64,000 nucleotides of DNA, from the NCBI GenBank assembly GCA_039799905.1, contig JBDLRP010000039.1, positions 128,001 to 192,000 on the forward strand, read 5' to 3'. This DNA is from Pseudomonadota bacterium. Lineage in GTDB: Bacteria > Bdellovibrionota_B > Oligoflexia > Silvanigrellales > Silvanigrellaceae. The stretch's first letter is position 1, and every line of letters starts with the position of its first letter. Below the pieces are notes generated by a model. The model did not search any database, was not told the origin of the DNA, and saw nothing but the letters and a program-made list of their open reading frames with translations. Position numbers and translations under genes: made by a program. This document shows, one piece after another, positions 47,624 through 56,985 of this stretch.

Positions 47624-49056
47624 ACCGCCTCCTGAAGGAACATACTAAGAACCACGTCACGGATGGCTTGAGAAGAAAGACTCCCGTAACGATTTTTCCA
47701 TTCGGCCTGAGGAAAAATTGCCTTCGCCATCGTGCGATGACCACCGCCCAATCCCCATCCGTTGATCACACGTTTGACGACGTCACCGGCGTTTTTCACG
47801 TATCCGACGTTACGGACACTCATCACCACGTTTCCGTCAAACAAACCGGCGCAAACAACCCACTCCACATCTTCGAACTGGAGCAGAAAATCGGCCACCT
47901 GAGGAATCAAATCCTCGCGCTCCACCTGCCCCAGGCAGCTGACCACCACACCCGATTCACAGACCATCTGCCGCAGAGCGTCGGCCAGCACGGGTGCAAA
48001 CTTCATCGGCAGCTCCGGCTTTTCGATGCGCCGGAGTAGGTTGTAGTTGATGCTTGGGTACAACGACACAAACGCATCGAGGTCGGCATCAATCACTTCA
48101 CGGTTCAAGAGGAGCGTATCCGCCTTTATGCCATATAACAATGCAGTTGCAAGCCTCTGCCCAATCGAACAAGCCGCTGCCCGCAAATATTCCGTTAAAA
48201 TCGTAGAGGTTGCGCCGTATTGATGGCGGATATCGACGAAGGGGATATTTGGATAAGGGTTAGCAGTTGAGGTCGGATGATGGTCGATGACCGCATCGAC
48301 ACGCTCGAGCGCAAAGCCGAAATGGGAGGGCTGGGTGTCGAGCATTGCCACCCGATCAAATTCGCCGAGTTCTTTCGGTGTGATGCTTATAACTTCAATA
48401 TCGAGCAAACGCATCATGGCAAGATTTTCAGGGCGCGTGACCTTGCCGAAACTGACAATCGGGGTGGAAACCTTGTTACGCCCGAGAATGGTCCGCAGTG
48501 CCAGTGCGGATGCAAGACCGTCCGGGTCGGGATCGGGCTGGACAAGTAGCGCGATTCTGTCGCCCTCGCCCAACACATGGCGGACTTCCTTCACGAGATG
48601 TGTCGTCTGGATATGCCGCAACTCAGCGCCCACCGGCCTGCTCAACAGCTCTGCCCACGTCAGAATCAGTTCACGTCCACCAGCCAATTGGCGCGGACTT
48701 TCCTCAGGATGGCCATGCTTGAGCGAAAGGATAATCGCCTCGGGCAGGTCATCGAGAATGTGGCGGCGGGCCATTCGATGCTCATCGGCATCACGAAAGG
48801 CAATCACAACGCAAATGGGGTCATAAGTCGACCACTGTTTGTAGAAGTTAGTCTTACTGAGCTCGCCCTTTGCAATTAAGTCTTCACCACCGATTGCTTC
48901 ACAGGCTTCAATCAACTCGTCCTGCAATGTTGATGCTTTGGACGGACACCACACGCGTACGTGCATGCCGCGAGGCTGCAGGTGGACCAAGGTCGACACC
49001 AATTCGGAGTCATCGGTCAGCACGAGAAAAAGACCAGACTTTGCGTCCATGTTCAT
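47620..49056 (-). CDS. DHH/DHHA1 phosphoesterase with N-terminal Rossmann-like domain
   Basis: PDPDGLASA, MLD, VIDHH, GATSTI, GIKADT and GGGH. Confidence 0.88.
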   Translation of the reverse strand: MNMDAKSGLFLVLTDDSELVSTLVHLQPRGMHVRVWCPSKASTLQDELIEACEAIGGEDLIAKGELSKTNFYKQWSTYDPICVVIAFRDADEHRMARRHILDDLPEAIILSLKHGHPEESPRQLAGGRELILTWAELLSRPVGAELRHIQTTHLVKEVRHVLGEGDRIALLVQPDPDPDGLASALALRTILGRNKVSTPIVSFGKVTRPENLAMMRLLDIEVISITPKELGEFDRVAMLDTQPSHFGFALERVDAVIDHHPTSTANPYPNIPFVDIRHQYGATSTILTEYLRAAACSIGQRLATALLYGIKADTLLLNREVIDADLDAFVSLYPSINYNLLRRIEKPELPMKFAPVLADALRQMVCESGVVVSCLGQVEREDLIPQVADFLLQFEDVEWVVCAGLFDGNVVMSVRNVGYVKNAGDVVKRVINGWGLGGGHRTMAKAIFPQAEWKNRYGSLSSQAIRDVVLSMFLQEAV

Positions 49057-49202
49057 TTCGCCCTTTGTTAACAATAAGCGGAGCATCTCAAAGATTATCA
49101 CAAACCTGTTGAACCCGACAGTCTCCTGAGGTAGCACACGGCCTTCGGGCGGCTGCCGCGACAACCCGCGGCATTAACAATTTATTCTGTGGAATCAAAG
49201 AG

Positions 49203-49955
49203 ATGTCACAAATCCTCGGTTTCAACAACCTGACAAAAGCGCTGAGCTTCAACCTGTACGATTTTGCAGTGGCGACCAACGAGGAAGAAAGAGCCTCGTA
49301 TATCCGGTACATTGATGAACGCTACAGCGCAAAACAAATCGAGGCGATGCTTATTCGGATTGCAGAAATCATGGATGCCACCGTGCTGAATGTTTCCAGC
49401 AAGGATTTTGACCCATGGGGAGCCAGCGTCGTACTTCTGATGAGCGATGCGAAAGCTGGCGAGCACGCAAACCTGATGGCGCAAAGCACGGTCAATATCC
49501 ATCTGGATAAGAGCCACATTTGCGCACACACCTACCCCGACAGTCTCGACCCCAACGGAATCTGTTCATTCCGCGTTGATATCGATATCGCCACCTGCGG
49601 AAGCATCAGTCCGTTGTATGCTCTCGATTTCATGTTCAAGGCGTTCGAGAGTGACGTTGTTGTCTGCGATTACGTCGTGCGCGGATTCACTCGTGCAAAG
49701 GACGGCGGCAAGCTCTACATGGATCACGACATCAGCTCTATCCGTGATTTCATCTCACCCAATATTCTGAAGCAGTACTCGACAGCGGATGACAACAACC
49801 CCGCAAACGTCACATACCAGACGAAATTTGTTCGCAGCGAGCTCGACGAGACCAGCTATTTCCGCAATCCTTTTCAGGTTCCTGCGGAGATCCGCGCACA
49901 AAAAATGGCGCTCATCCGCAAAGAAATGGAAGCCATTTTCTCTTCGAAACAATGA
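49203..49955 (+). CDS. speD: S-adenosylmethionine decarboxylase proenzyme (E. coli type)
   Basis: GFNNLTKALSFN, HLDK|SHI self-cleavage site, TCG.ISPL and DYVVRGFTR. Confidence 0.95.
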   Translation: MSQILGFNNLTKALSFNLYDFAVATNEEERASYIRYIDERYSAKQIEAMLIRIAEIMDATVLNVSSKDFDPWGASVVLLMSDAKAGEHANLMAQSTVNIHLDKSHICAHTYPDSLDPNGICSFRVDIDIATCGSISPLYALDFMFKAFESDVVVCDYVVRGFTRAKDGGKLYMDHDISSIRDFISPNILKQYSTADDNNPANVTYQTKFVRSELDETSYFRNPFQVPAEIRAQKMALIRKEMEAIFSSKQ

Positions 49956-49960
49956 AGAAA

Positions 49961-50032
49961 TCCGCGGTGTGGAGCGCACACCGCGGAGTCTTTTTACGTT
50001 CTCTGCTGCGGTGCTTTTGCACCGCTTTTTTT
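49961..50032 (+). terminator. Tandem intrinsic terminators after speD
   Basis: TCCGCGGTGTG/CACACCGCGGA plus a T run, then GCGGTGC-TTTT-GCACCGC plus T7. Confidence 0.75.
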
Positions 50033-51125
50033 ATATTTCAGCACATTTGCCGATGAATTTCTTACTAATGTAACCGCGTCCTGTTCGATAAAATTCGGTG
50101 CGCGGAATGAGCCCCATGACACGCACCGGATCATTTAACCGATAGTATGCGGAAATATTTTCACCGGTTGCCGGAAGTGTTCTATGCACCGGAGCGACAC
50201 CGCTCGACGGCTCAACCGCGACAGCCTTGCATATCAAAGCCGGCCCGACAGGCTCCGGAATCGGCGTCGGGGTGGGAAGCGGTGCTACTGTAGGTGCCGG
50301 ACTCGGCACGGGCGTCACGCCGGGCGGCAACGGTTGTCCGCCCGCATTTCCGAGCTGCGGATCCGTCCGCCATTCGCCAACCACAACCCGCATGTCCAGT
50401 TCGCGGACTCCCTGACCAACGGTCTGTTTGCTTGGATTGGACTCCATGGCGCGCACGCGTCTTTTGAAATCGGAGAGCTGTGGAAAGGTCTCCAACGTCA
50501 TGTCGAAAATTTCTTTGATTTTTGCGTTCGGGTTTCTCAGGCATCCACCAGAAACACGTCTGTCATCCGGATTGGGCAGGCGGAGAATATCCCCGGCAGA
50601 GTTTCCGTGAAGTCCATAGGGGCCTTGAAACCAAAACACATAACGACCCAATGGATTTCGTGCTCCGCAAGGACCGTAAACATCAGGATTGTTGTTGAAT
50701 ATCTTCCAGCGTTCGTCTTCCGTCTGCGCAACACGTCCGGTTGCAGGGTTGACGGGGTCGCGCGGGCGCCAGACCGGACAATGTTCAAAATCCTCGACTC
50801 CGAAAATTCCATGCGGAGTGTATTTGCGCTCACCTCCATGGTAGGCGCCGGTGACGTCGGCAGATGCAATGTTCCATTGCTGCAGTGCAAATCCGCCTTT
50901 GTAGAGCGTCGCCCGATTCGTCTTCAGGTTAACGCGAATGGCCAGAGTCGACTTGAGGGCTTTGTCAATTTCGGCGTCCGACATGCCGCTTGAGGCCAAC
51001 CACAGCGGGGTTGAATCAGTTTCCTCGGTCGCACGCCCACATGCAACAACGGCCGCAGCCGTCACCAGTGCGGACGACACCAGCAGTTTCAAACGTCGTG
51101 GAAGCAATTGGAGTTCAGACGTCAT
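50031..51125 (-). CDS. L,D-transpeptidase lipoprotein
   Basis: Lipobox VVAC, TPHG, NPLG and YGLHG...SGGCLR. Pro-rich linker and a small C-terminal domain. Confidence 0.85.
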   Translation of the reverse strand: MTSELQLLPRRLKLLVSSALVTAAAVVACGRATEETDSTPLWLASSGMSDAEIDKALKSTLAIRVNLKTNRATLYKGGFALQQWNIASADVTGAYHGGERKYTPHGIFGVEDFEHCPVWRPRDPVNPATGRVAQTEDERWKIFNNNPDVYGPCGARNPLGRYVFWFQGPYGLHGNSAGDILRLPNPDDRRVSGGCLRNPNAKIKEIFDMTLETFPQLSDFKRRVRAMESNPSKQTVGQGVRELDMRVVVGEWRTDPQLGNAGGQPLPPGVTPVPSPAPTVAPLPTPTPIPEPVGPALICKAVAVEPSSGVAPVHRTLPATGENISAYYRLNDPVRVMGLIPRTEFYRTGRGYISKKFIGKCAEI

Positions 51126-51176
51126 ATTGAAAACCTCCGGAATGAGAATCCGCAGACAGATTCACCGCCACCTCCA

Positions 51177-51192
51177 AGCAATCGCCGTACCA
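51177..51192 (-). promoter_or_regulatory. Sigma-54 (-24/-12) promoter of the L,D-transpeptidase gene
   Basis: Minus strand TGGTAC-GGCGA-TTGCT (GG-N10-GC), about 50 nt upstream of the start. Confidence 0.65.
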
Positions 51193-51391
51193 CAAAAAGA
51201 GCTGATTTTTCATTTACTTAAACATATTTAAATTGTCCACCAACTTGACACGTCTGCCAAATCATTCATCAATCGCCAACAAAATGATCAGTTGACCATA
51301 GCGGCTCTTTGGTTTTTTCTGGACGCCGAGATGTGCGTTTGGTTGTTATGATTGCCAATGATTTTTCTCCCTCACCAAGTCGGGTGTACTG

Positions 51392-52369
51392 ATGAAGGTT
51401 TTGCTTCTGGTAGCTGCCATCATTTTAACGCTGGGCTCACTCGTGAATGCACCGAGCGTTCACTCTTCCATCGGCACGCCGCACGACGTCTGGACCAGCA
51501 AAAACTTCAGCGAAAGCGACCTGCCCTGCGGTGTCCCGACAACACCTGCGCAGTTTAGCGTCGAGAACCGGCGGACAGCCGAAAATGCCTATATGTTGAT
51601 GGCCGCAAACCATCTCGCATATCGCTTCTGGCCCGGACGCCGCGAGCGGATTCTGCGTCAATGGGGATTTTTCAACTTCGAATTTTTCGACAACTCACGG
51701 ACAAGCACCAACGGGCTTTGGGCCGAGCACAAAGACTTTGTCCTGCTCGTTTTTCGCGGAACCCAGGAACCTACAGATTTTGTGACAGACGCCAACGTAA
51801 CGCTCGTCCGGCCGCCGTCTGAATGGAACATCGAAGGACGCCTTCACCGTGGTTTTTTGAACGCCGCACAGTCGGTTGACGCTCAAGTTTCTAAAGCAGC
51901 GACACTTGCTCAAACGAAAGAAAAACCACTCGTTGTTTCCGGACACAGCCTCGGCGGGGCACTCGCCTTGCTTTCTGCGCTTCATTTAGAAAAACAAAAA
52001 ACACCCGTGCATAGCATCTGGACTTTTGGTGCACCCAAGGTGGGTGATCCTTCTGCAATGCGATCGATGAGAAAAATTCTGAGTGGACGACTTCATCAAC
52101 TCAATCAGCCGACCGACCCGATTCCGCTTCTGCCGTTCACAAGTGAGGAACAACCTGCGCTAAATCAACTCGCGCAGGAATATGGAAAATATCTTCCGCT
52201 GTTTGGGACACTCGCTGCCAATGCAGCGTACAATTCGGCAGGCGGCGAAACACAACAGCGGCAGCTCGTCACGCGTACCCCACTTGTCGATTTTGCACGC
52301 GGTTTTTGGAAGCATTTACCACGTTCATACGTCTGCGATTTGGGTCAACGGACACTGCCTGTTGAGTGA
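51392..52369 (+). CDS. Secreted class 3 lipase
   Basis: Signal peptide, VFRGT, HRGF, SGHSLGGALA, TFGAPKVG and DPIP. Confidence 0.9.
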   Translation: MKVLLLVAAIILTLGSLVNAPSVHSSIGTPHDVWTSKNFSESDLPCGVPTTPAQFSVENRRTAENAYMLMAANHLAYRFWPGRRERILRQWGFFNFEFFDNSRTSTNGLWAEHKDFVLLVFRGTQEPTDFVTDANVTLVRPPSEWNIEGRLHRGFLNAAQSVDAQVSKAATLAQTKEKPLVVSGHSLGGALALLSALHLEKQKTPVHSIWTFGAPKVGDPSAMRSMRKILSGRLHQLNQPTDPIPLLPFTSEEQPALNQLAQEYGKYLPLFGTLAANAAYNSAGGETQQRQLVTRTPLVDFARGFWKHLPRSYVCDLGQRTLPVE

Positions 52370-52416
52370 GATCCGAGCGAAACGTAAAGCGCTCCGAGGC
52401 TTTTTCAACGACCAAC

Positions 52417-52451
52417 AAAAAACCCGCTCTCTGATGAGAAGCGGGTTTTTT
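52417..52451. terminator. Bidirectional intrinsic terminator
   Basis: AAAAAACCCGCT...AGCGGGTTTTTT between convergent genes. Confidence 0.85.
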
Positions 52452-52476
52452 CAAAGGCAATGACTCACTGCGAGCA

Positions 52477-52833
52477 TCAACGCAGGCCGAGAGTGTTCCC
52501 GTAGATGAAGAGACTCACCGTGTTTTGCGAACCGCAACCATAGTAAGCCGGATTGACGTACGCCTGCGTCCAGATTGGTTGAGCATAAGGACCCGAGAGC
52601 TGACGGGTGTTCAGCTGAACCAATGAAGGACCATTCTGGTAGCTCTGGATGCGGGTTGTGTAAGAAGGACCGACATACATGCGCTGACCATTGACTGCGA
52701 TATCAACATTATAAGGCGTGCCGTTATAGATGCAGATTTGCGGATAAGACGGTGTTCCACCGGTGGCATCCGACCAATCGGCAGAAGCAGTTCCAACAGC
52801 CAAAACAGAAGCAAGTACGAGAGCGCTTTTCAT
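52477..52833 (-). CDS. Small secreted hypothetical protein
   Basis: GGGAG SD and signal MKSALVLASVLAVGTASA. Beta-rich body with two Cys. Confidence 0.7.
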   Translation of the reverse strand: MKSALVLASVLAVGTASADWSDATGGTPSYPQICIYNGTPYNVDIAVNGQRMYVGPSYTTRIQSYQNGPSLVQLNTRQLSGPYAQPIWTQAYVNPAYYGCGSQNTVSLFIYGNTLGLR

Positions 52834-52937
52834 TTGATAATCTCCCAATGAAGCCTTCGGCGTTTGTCGGCCGACATAGCGAAATTCATACCGACCGGTC
52901 AACGACTATTTTCAGGACCGTACCGAGCAAAAAAGCT

Positions 52938-55838
52938 TCAACCTCTCAACTGTGCAGAACAGTCGTGGGTGACTCTGGCAACGACAGCCTGAGTCACAGA
53001 CTGAATGTCAGAGTCGGTCAGCGTCCGCTCCACGGGAAGCAGCGTTACGCGCAACGCAACACTCTTGTGTCCAGCGGCAACGCCCTGACCCCGGTAAATA
53101 TCAAAGATGTTGACCGCAACCAACCGCGCAGGGATCTTAGCCGCCTCAAGCGCATCTTTTTCGATTGCACTGCGAACTGATGACACCAAGCTTTCAGCGC
53201 TCAAACTTTCGTTAACCATAAAAGCAAAGTCACGTTCGACGGTAGGCAAACGAACGTGTGCTCCGGTCTGTGACGAAATCTTCCGCTCACCCTTTTGCGC
53301 ATGCTCCTTGATCTCCGCATGAGCCTTGAGAGCGGTCGCTAGGTTGATTTCAAAACCCAGACAGTGTCCGTCAATTTCGAAACTGCGCAACGCGGAAGGA
53401 TGGAATTCAGCTACCCAGCCGAACGGCACTGTTTTTCCCGCGAGGTGCGCTACCACGTGCGCAGATCGGCCTGGGTGAAGTGCAGGACGCAACGGATGGT
53501 CCGCAGGCAGCGGTGCAAGCTCAATCTTTATTGAAAACACCGACATCAACTCAGTGATGTGAGCTGCAAGTCGGTGCAGCGTCCAACCGCGCTCCGACGT
53601 GTTGAGCCATTCCTTCTCCTCCTCGACACCGAAAACAACACCGCAGACACGGGGTGTTTCACAAGGGCGTTCGCCCGCAGTTGCTTCTCTGCTCAGTGGC
53701 AAAGAGGCCAATGGAGAATATTCAAACAGGTGCGATGAAATTTTCTCGGCCAACTGCGCCGCAAGCGAGACACCGATGCCGTTGTCTTGAAACACACGCA
53801 CACCGCGCGAATCAGCATTCTGAAAAGTTCTCGAAATTTCAAACAGCTGACCGCGTTTGTTGCCGTAGTTCAGGTTGAAGGCAACCTTGCGCAGAAGTCC
53901 GCTCAAAAGAGTCGTCTGCATCAGCGGTTCGTCTTTGATAATCGGATTGAGCAATGCAACAGGTTCACCATTTGCATTCAAATGAGTTTGATTCAGTTTC
54001 TTCCAATCATCCGCGCGCATGAAATGGAAGCCTGCGGTCTCGTGGTAACCCAGACTGACCAAGCGGTTTGCAGCGTTTTCAAAGAATGACAGGTGCGCAT
54101 CATCAGGGGCAACCCGTCCGGCCGAGGTCATCGGCAATGCCGGCACATGATCGATTCCGACAACACGGACAATCTCTTCGACCAAATCCGCCGCACCGAC
54201 GACATCAAGACGGCGCCACGTCGGAACAACAACTTGAGACGAATGTCCCGACGCCGATGTTGTCACTGCAAATCCAAGTGAGCGGAGAATGGTCAACTGT
54301 TCAGAAAAGGGAACAAGTTCTGCGCCAACGCGGGCGGGAAGATCCTCGCTTCCATATTGAATTGTGAAATCCGAATCCGGACGCATTTTAACAGCATCCA
54401 AATGCTTCACTGCATCCGCTGCATTGGGAAAATAATTTTTGCTTTCATCCGCAATTGAAGATGCGGGACATGCCGCCACCGCTCCGCAATAACTAACCGC
54501 CGCCGAACTACCGGCAGGTTGCAAAGCATAAATAAGGCCAATCAACTTTTCGGCCGCTTCACAACGCCTGAAAACATCAATTCCTTTTTCGAATGCAAAA
54601 CTGCTGTCTGTCTTGCGTCCGTGCCTGCGCGAAGCCCGCCGTACCAGCACTGGATGAGGATTGGCGAATTCCAAAACAAGTGTTGAAGATTCACTGGTGA
54701 CCTTTGATTTTTCGCCGCCGATGACTCCGAGCAGTGCTTGCGGTGTTGACGCGTCCGCGACAACACAATCGTGGGCGACCAGCACACGCTCTTTGCCATC
54801 GAGCCCCAAGAAAGCCTCTCCGTCGCGCGCAAAACGCAGCGTCAACTGCCGCTGCCCAGAAGCAGCAGGGGCGAGCTTGGCCAAGTCGAAAGCATGATTG
54901 GGTTGAGCAAAACAGAGCAAGATGAGATTGCCGGCATCGACCACCGAGTTGATGCTTTTTTGCCCGAGCGATTCAAGCGAATTGCGCATCCATGATGGTG
55001 TCGTGCCAACATGAACATTTTCGAGGGCAACGAAAAATGCGGGCGCGCCGAGTTCATTTACGGCCGTGAAAGTTCCAACTTTCGTTTTCAGTACTTGTCG
55101 TTCCTGCGCCTCAGACAGCAGTTGTCCCGCGCTCACCGAACTTTTCCAGTCGGATCGCCATGCCTTCAGCTCTAATTTACCTTTTGTGACGCGATTGAGT
55201 CCTGCGCACAATTCGCGCGCAGCGCCTTCGTGTCCTAGCAGGTCTGGACGATTGGGAGTCACATTCAGTTCGAAAATAACATCATCCAATTGCAAGGCCG
55301 TGAAGACTGGTTGTCCAAGACGTGTCTGAAGTTCCGTTACCGGACGTCCGCAGGATGGCTCGTGATGAAGTTCCCAAATTCCTCCGCCATCACGTTCCTC
55401 ATCAACAGGGAGGCCAAGCTCTTCGCGCGAACAAAGCATGCCCGAACTCTCAACGTCACGAATCTTAGAAACTTTGATCTCCAAGCCATTGGGCAAAACA
55501 GCCCCCGGAAGCGCAACTGCCACAAAGAGGCCCGCACGAGCATTGGCTGCACCACAGACGATCTGACGAACATCGTTTGGTCCTGTCTGAACCTGGCATA
55601 CCTGCAACTTATCAGCCTTCGGATGACGTTCGGCAGATTTGATTTGCCCGACAACCACCTTTTCAAAACCGGCACCGCGCAGGGTCTGCGATTCAACCTC
55701 AAATCCCTGACGGGTAAAAATCTCTGCGAACAATTCAAGATCCCAGCGCTGCCAGCAGGGCAAGGTCGTTGCATCAGCGCCAGAGCGGACAGGCAGCTGT
55801 AAGAAAAGATGATCAATTAATTTTAAACTTACAAGCAC
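52938..55838 (-). CDS. pheT: Phenylalanine--tRNA ligase beta subunit (long form)
   Basis: HPKADKL, IVCGA, SSGMLCS, TPNRPD, FEKG, PTWRR.D....DLVEEI and C-terminal RDFAF...FDIYRG...LRG. Confidence 0.96.
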   Translation of the reverse strand: MLVSLKLIDHLFLQLPVRSGADATTLPCWQRWDLELFAEIFTRQGFEVESQTLRGAGFEKVVVGQIKSAERHPKADKLQVCQVQTGPNDVRQIVCGAANARAGLFVAVALPGAVLPNGLEIKVSKIRDVESSGMLCSREELGLPVDEERDGGGIWELHHEPSCGRPVTELQTRLGQPVFTALQLDDVIFELNVTPNRPDLLGHEGAARELCAGLNRVTKGKLELKAWRSDWKSSVSAGQLLSEAQERQVLKTKVGTFTAVNELGAPAFFVALENVHVGTTPSWMRNSLESLGQKSINSVVDAGNLILLCFAQPNHAFDLAKLAPAASGQRQLTLRFARDGEAFLGLDGKERVLVAHDCVVADASTPQALLGVIGGEKSKVTSESSTLVLEFANPHPVLVRRASRRHGRKTDSSFAFEKGIDVFRRCEAAEKLIGLIYALQPAGSSAAVSYCGAVAACPASSIADESKNYFPNAADAVKHLDAVKMRPDSDFTIQYGSEDLPARVGAELVPFSEQLTILRSLGFAVTTSASGHSSQVVVPTWRRLDVVGAADLVEEIVRVVGIDHVPALPMTSAGRVAPDDAHLSFFENAANRLVSLGYHETAGFHFMRADDWKKLNQTHLNANGEPVALLNPIIKDEPLMQTTLLSGLLRKVAFNLNYGNKRGQLFEISRTFQNADSRGVRVFQDNGIGVSLAAQLAEKISSHLFEYSPLASLPLSREATAGERPCETPRVCGVVFGVEEEKEWLNTSERGWTLHRLAAHITELMSVFSIKIELAPLPADHPLRPALHPGRSAHVVAHLAGKTVPFGWVAEFHPSALRSFEIDGHCLGFEINLATALKAHAEIKEHAQKGERKISSQTGAHVRLPTVERDFAFMVNESLSAESLVSSVRSAIEKDALEAAKIPARLVAVNIFDIYRGQGVAAGHKSVALRVTLLPVERTLTDSDIQSVTQAVVARVTHDCSAQLRG

Positions 55839-55850
55839 GAGTTCACCCTC

Positions 55851-56966
55851 TCATCGCAATGACAACTGGCGGGACAACATCACATCGCCTTCAAACAGCG
55901 AACGCAGATCGGCGATGCCAAACTTGCTCATTGCGATGCGATCGACACCCATTCCGAAGGCAAATCCGCTGTAGGTTTTTGAATCAACACCGCAACGCTC
56001 AAGAACGCGAGTATTGACTAGCCCGCAGCCTCCCATTTCCAACCAACCAGTGTGTTTGCAGCTGCGGCAGCCGGTGCCAAAACACTGCTGACATTGAACG
56101 TCGATTTCCGCACTCGGCTCGGTGAACGGAAAATAACTGGAACGCAAACGCAATTTCACGGGACGCCCGAACACCTCAGCAAAGAATGCATCCAGCGTGC
56201 TGCGCATATGCGCAAGCGTAATGCCCTTGTCCACGACAAGGCATTCGATCTGGCGAAAGGTTGGAACATGCGTCAGATCAAGTTCATTTCGGTAGGTGAA
56301 ACCCGCGCAGGCCACCCGCAGCGGAACACCGCGCTCAAGCATCGCATGAGCCTGCACGCTGCTCGTGTGAGTGCGCAGCACCCACTCGGATGCAACAAAA
56401 AATGTATCCTGCATTTCACGCGCTGGATGGTCCGCAGGAATATTCAAGGCCTCGAAGTTGTAAAAGTCTCGTTCGAGTTCGGGACCATCGATCACGGTGA
56501 AGCCCAGACGCTTCAAAGGCTCTAGGAGCTGCTGAACTGCAAGCGAAACGGGATGGCGGGAACCCAGCCTGATTTCCGGCAGCGGAAGAGTCAGGTCGAC
56601 ACGTTCATCAGCGAGTTTCTTTTCCTCTGCAAGCAAACGGCACGCAGCGACGAAACGCTCAATTTCGGACTCAAGGACAGCCTTGAGCTGGTTGATTTTC
56701 GCGCCCGCATCTTTGCGCTCTTCGGCAGGATAATTGCGCAGAGCCTTGAGCCAATCCTGCAGCGGCGATTTGCGGCCGGTAAATCGGACACGTACCTCAT
56801 CGGCCTGCGCTTCACTGAACGAGCCCAACGGCATACCGACGACGTGCAGACAGCGCGCGCGTTCATCATCAATCAATTTCTGCAACTCCGACAAAGAAGA
56901 AGCTGCCGCGGTGTGCGGCAGCTCCAACAGTTCGGAGAGTGAGATGTCTTGCGACAGGGTCATCAT
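55851..56966 (-). CDS. pheS: Phenylalanine--tRNA ligase alpha subunit
   Basis: NFEALNIPADHPAREMQDTF, LRTHTS, SYFPFTEPS and GFAFGMGVDR. Confidence 0.97.
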   Translation of the reverse strand: MMTLSQDISLSELLELPHTAAASSLSELQKLIDDERARCLHVVGMPLGSFSEAQADEVRVRFTGRKSPLQDWLKALRNYPAEERKDAGAKINQLKAVLESEIERFVAACRLLAEEKKLADERVDLTLPLPEIRLGSRHPVSLAVQQLLEPLKRLGFTVIDGPELERDFYNFEALNIPADHPAREMQDTFFVASEWVLRTHTSSVQAHAMLERGVPLRVACAGFTYRNELDLTHVPTFRQIECLVVDKGITLAHMRSTLDAFFAEVFGRPVKLRLRSSYFPFTEPSAEIDVQCQQCFGTGCRSCKHTGWLEMGGCGLVNTRVLERCGVDSKTYSGFAFGMGVDRIAMSKFGIADLRSLFEGDVMLSRQLSLR

Positions 56967-56985
56967 CTTACCCTCTGTGATAAGG

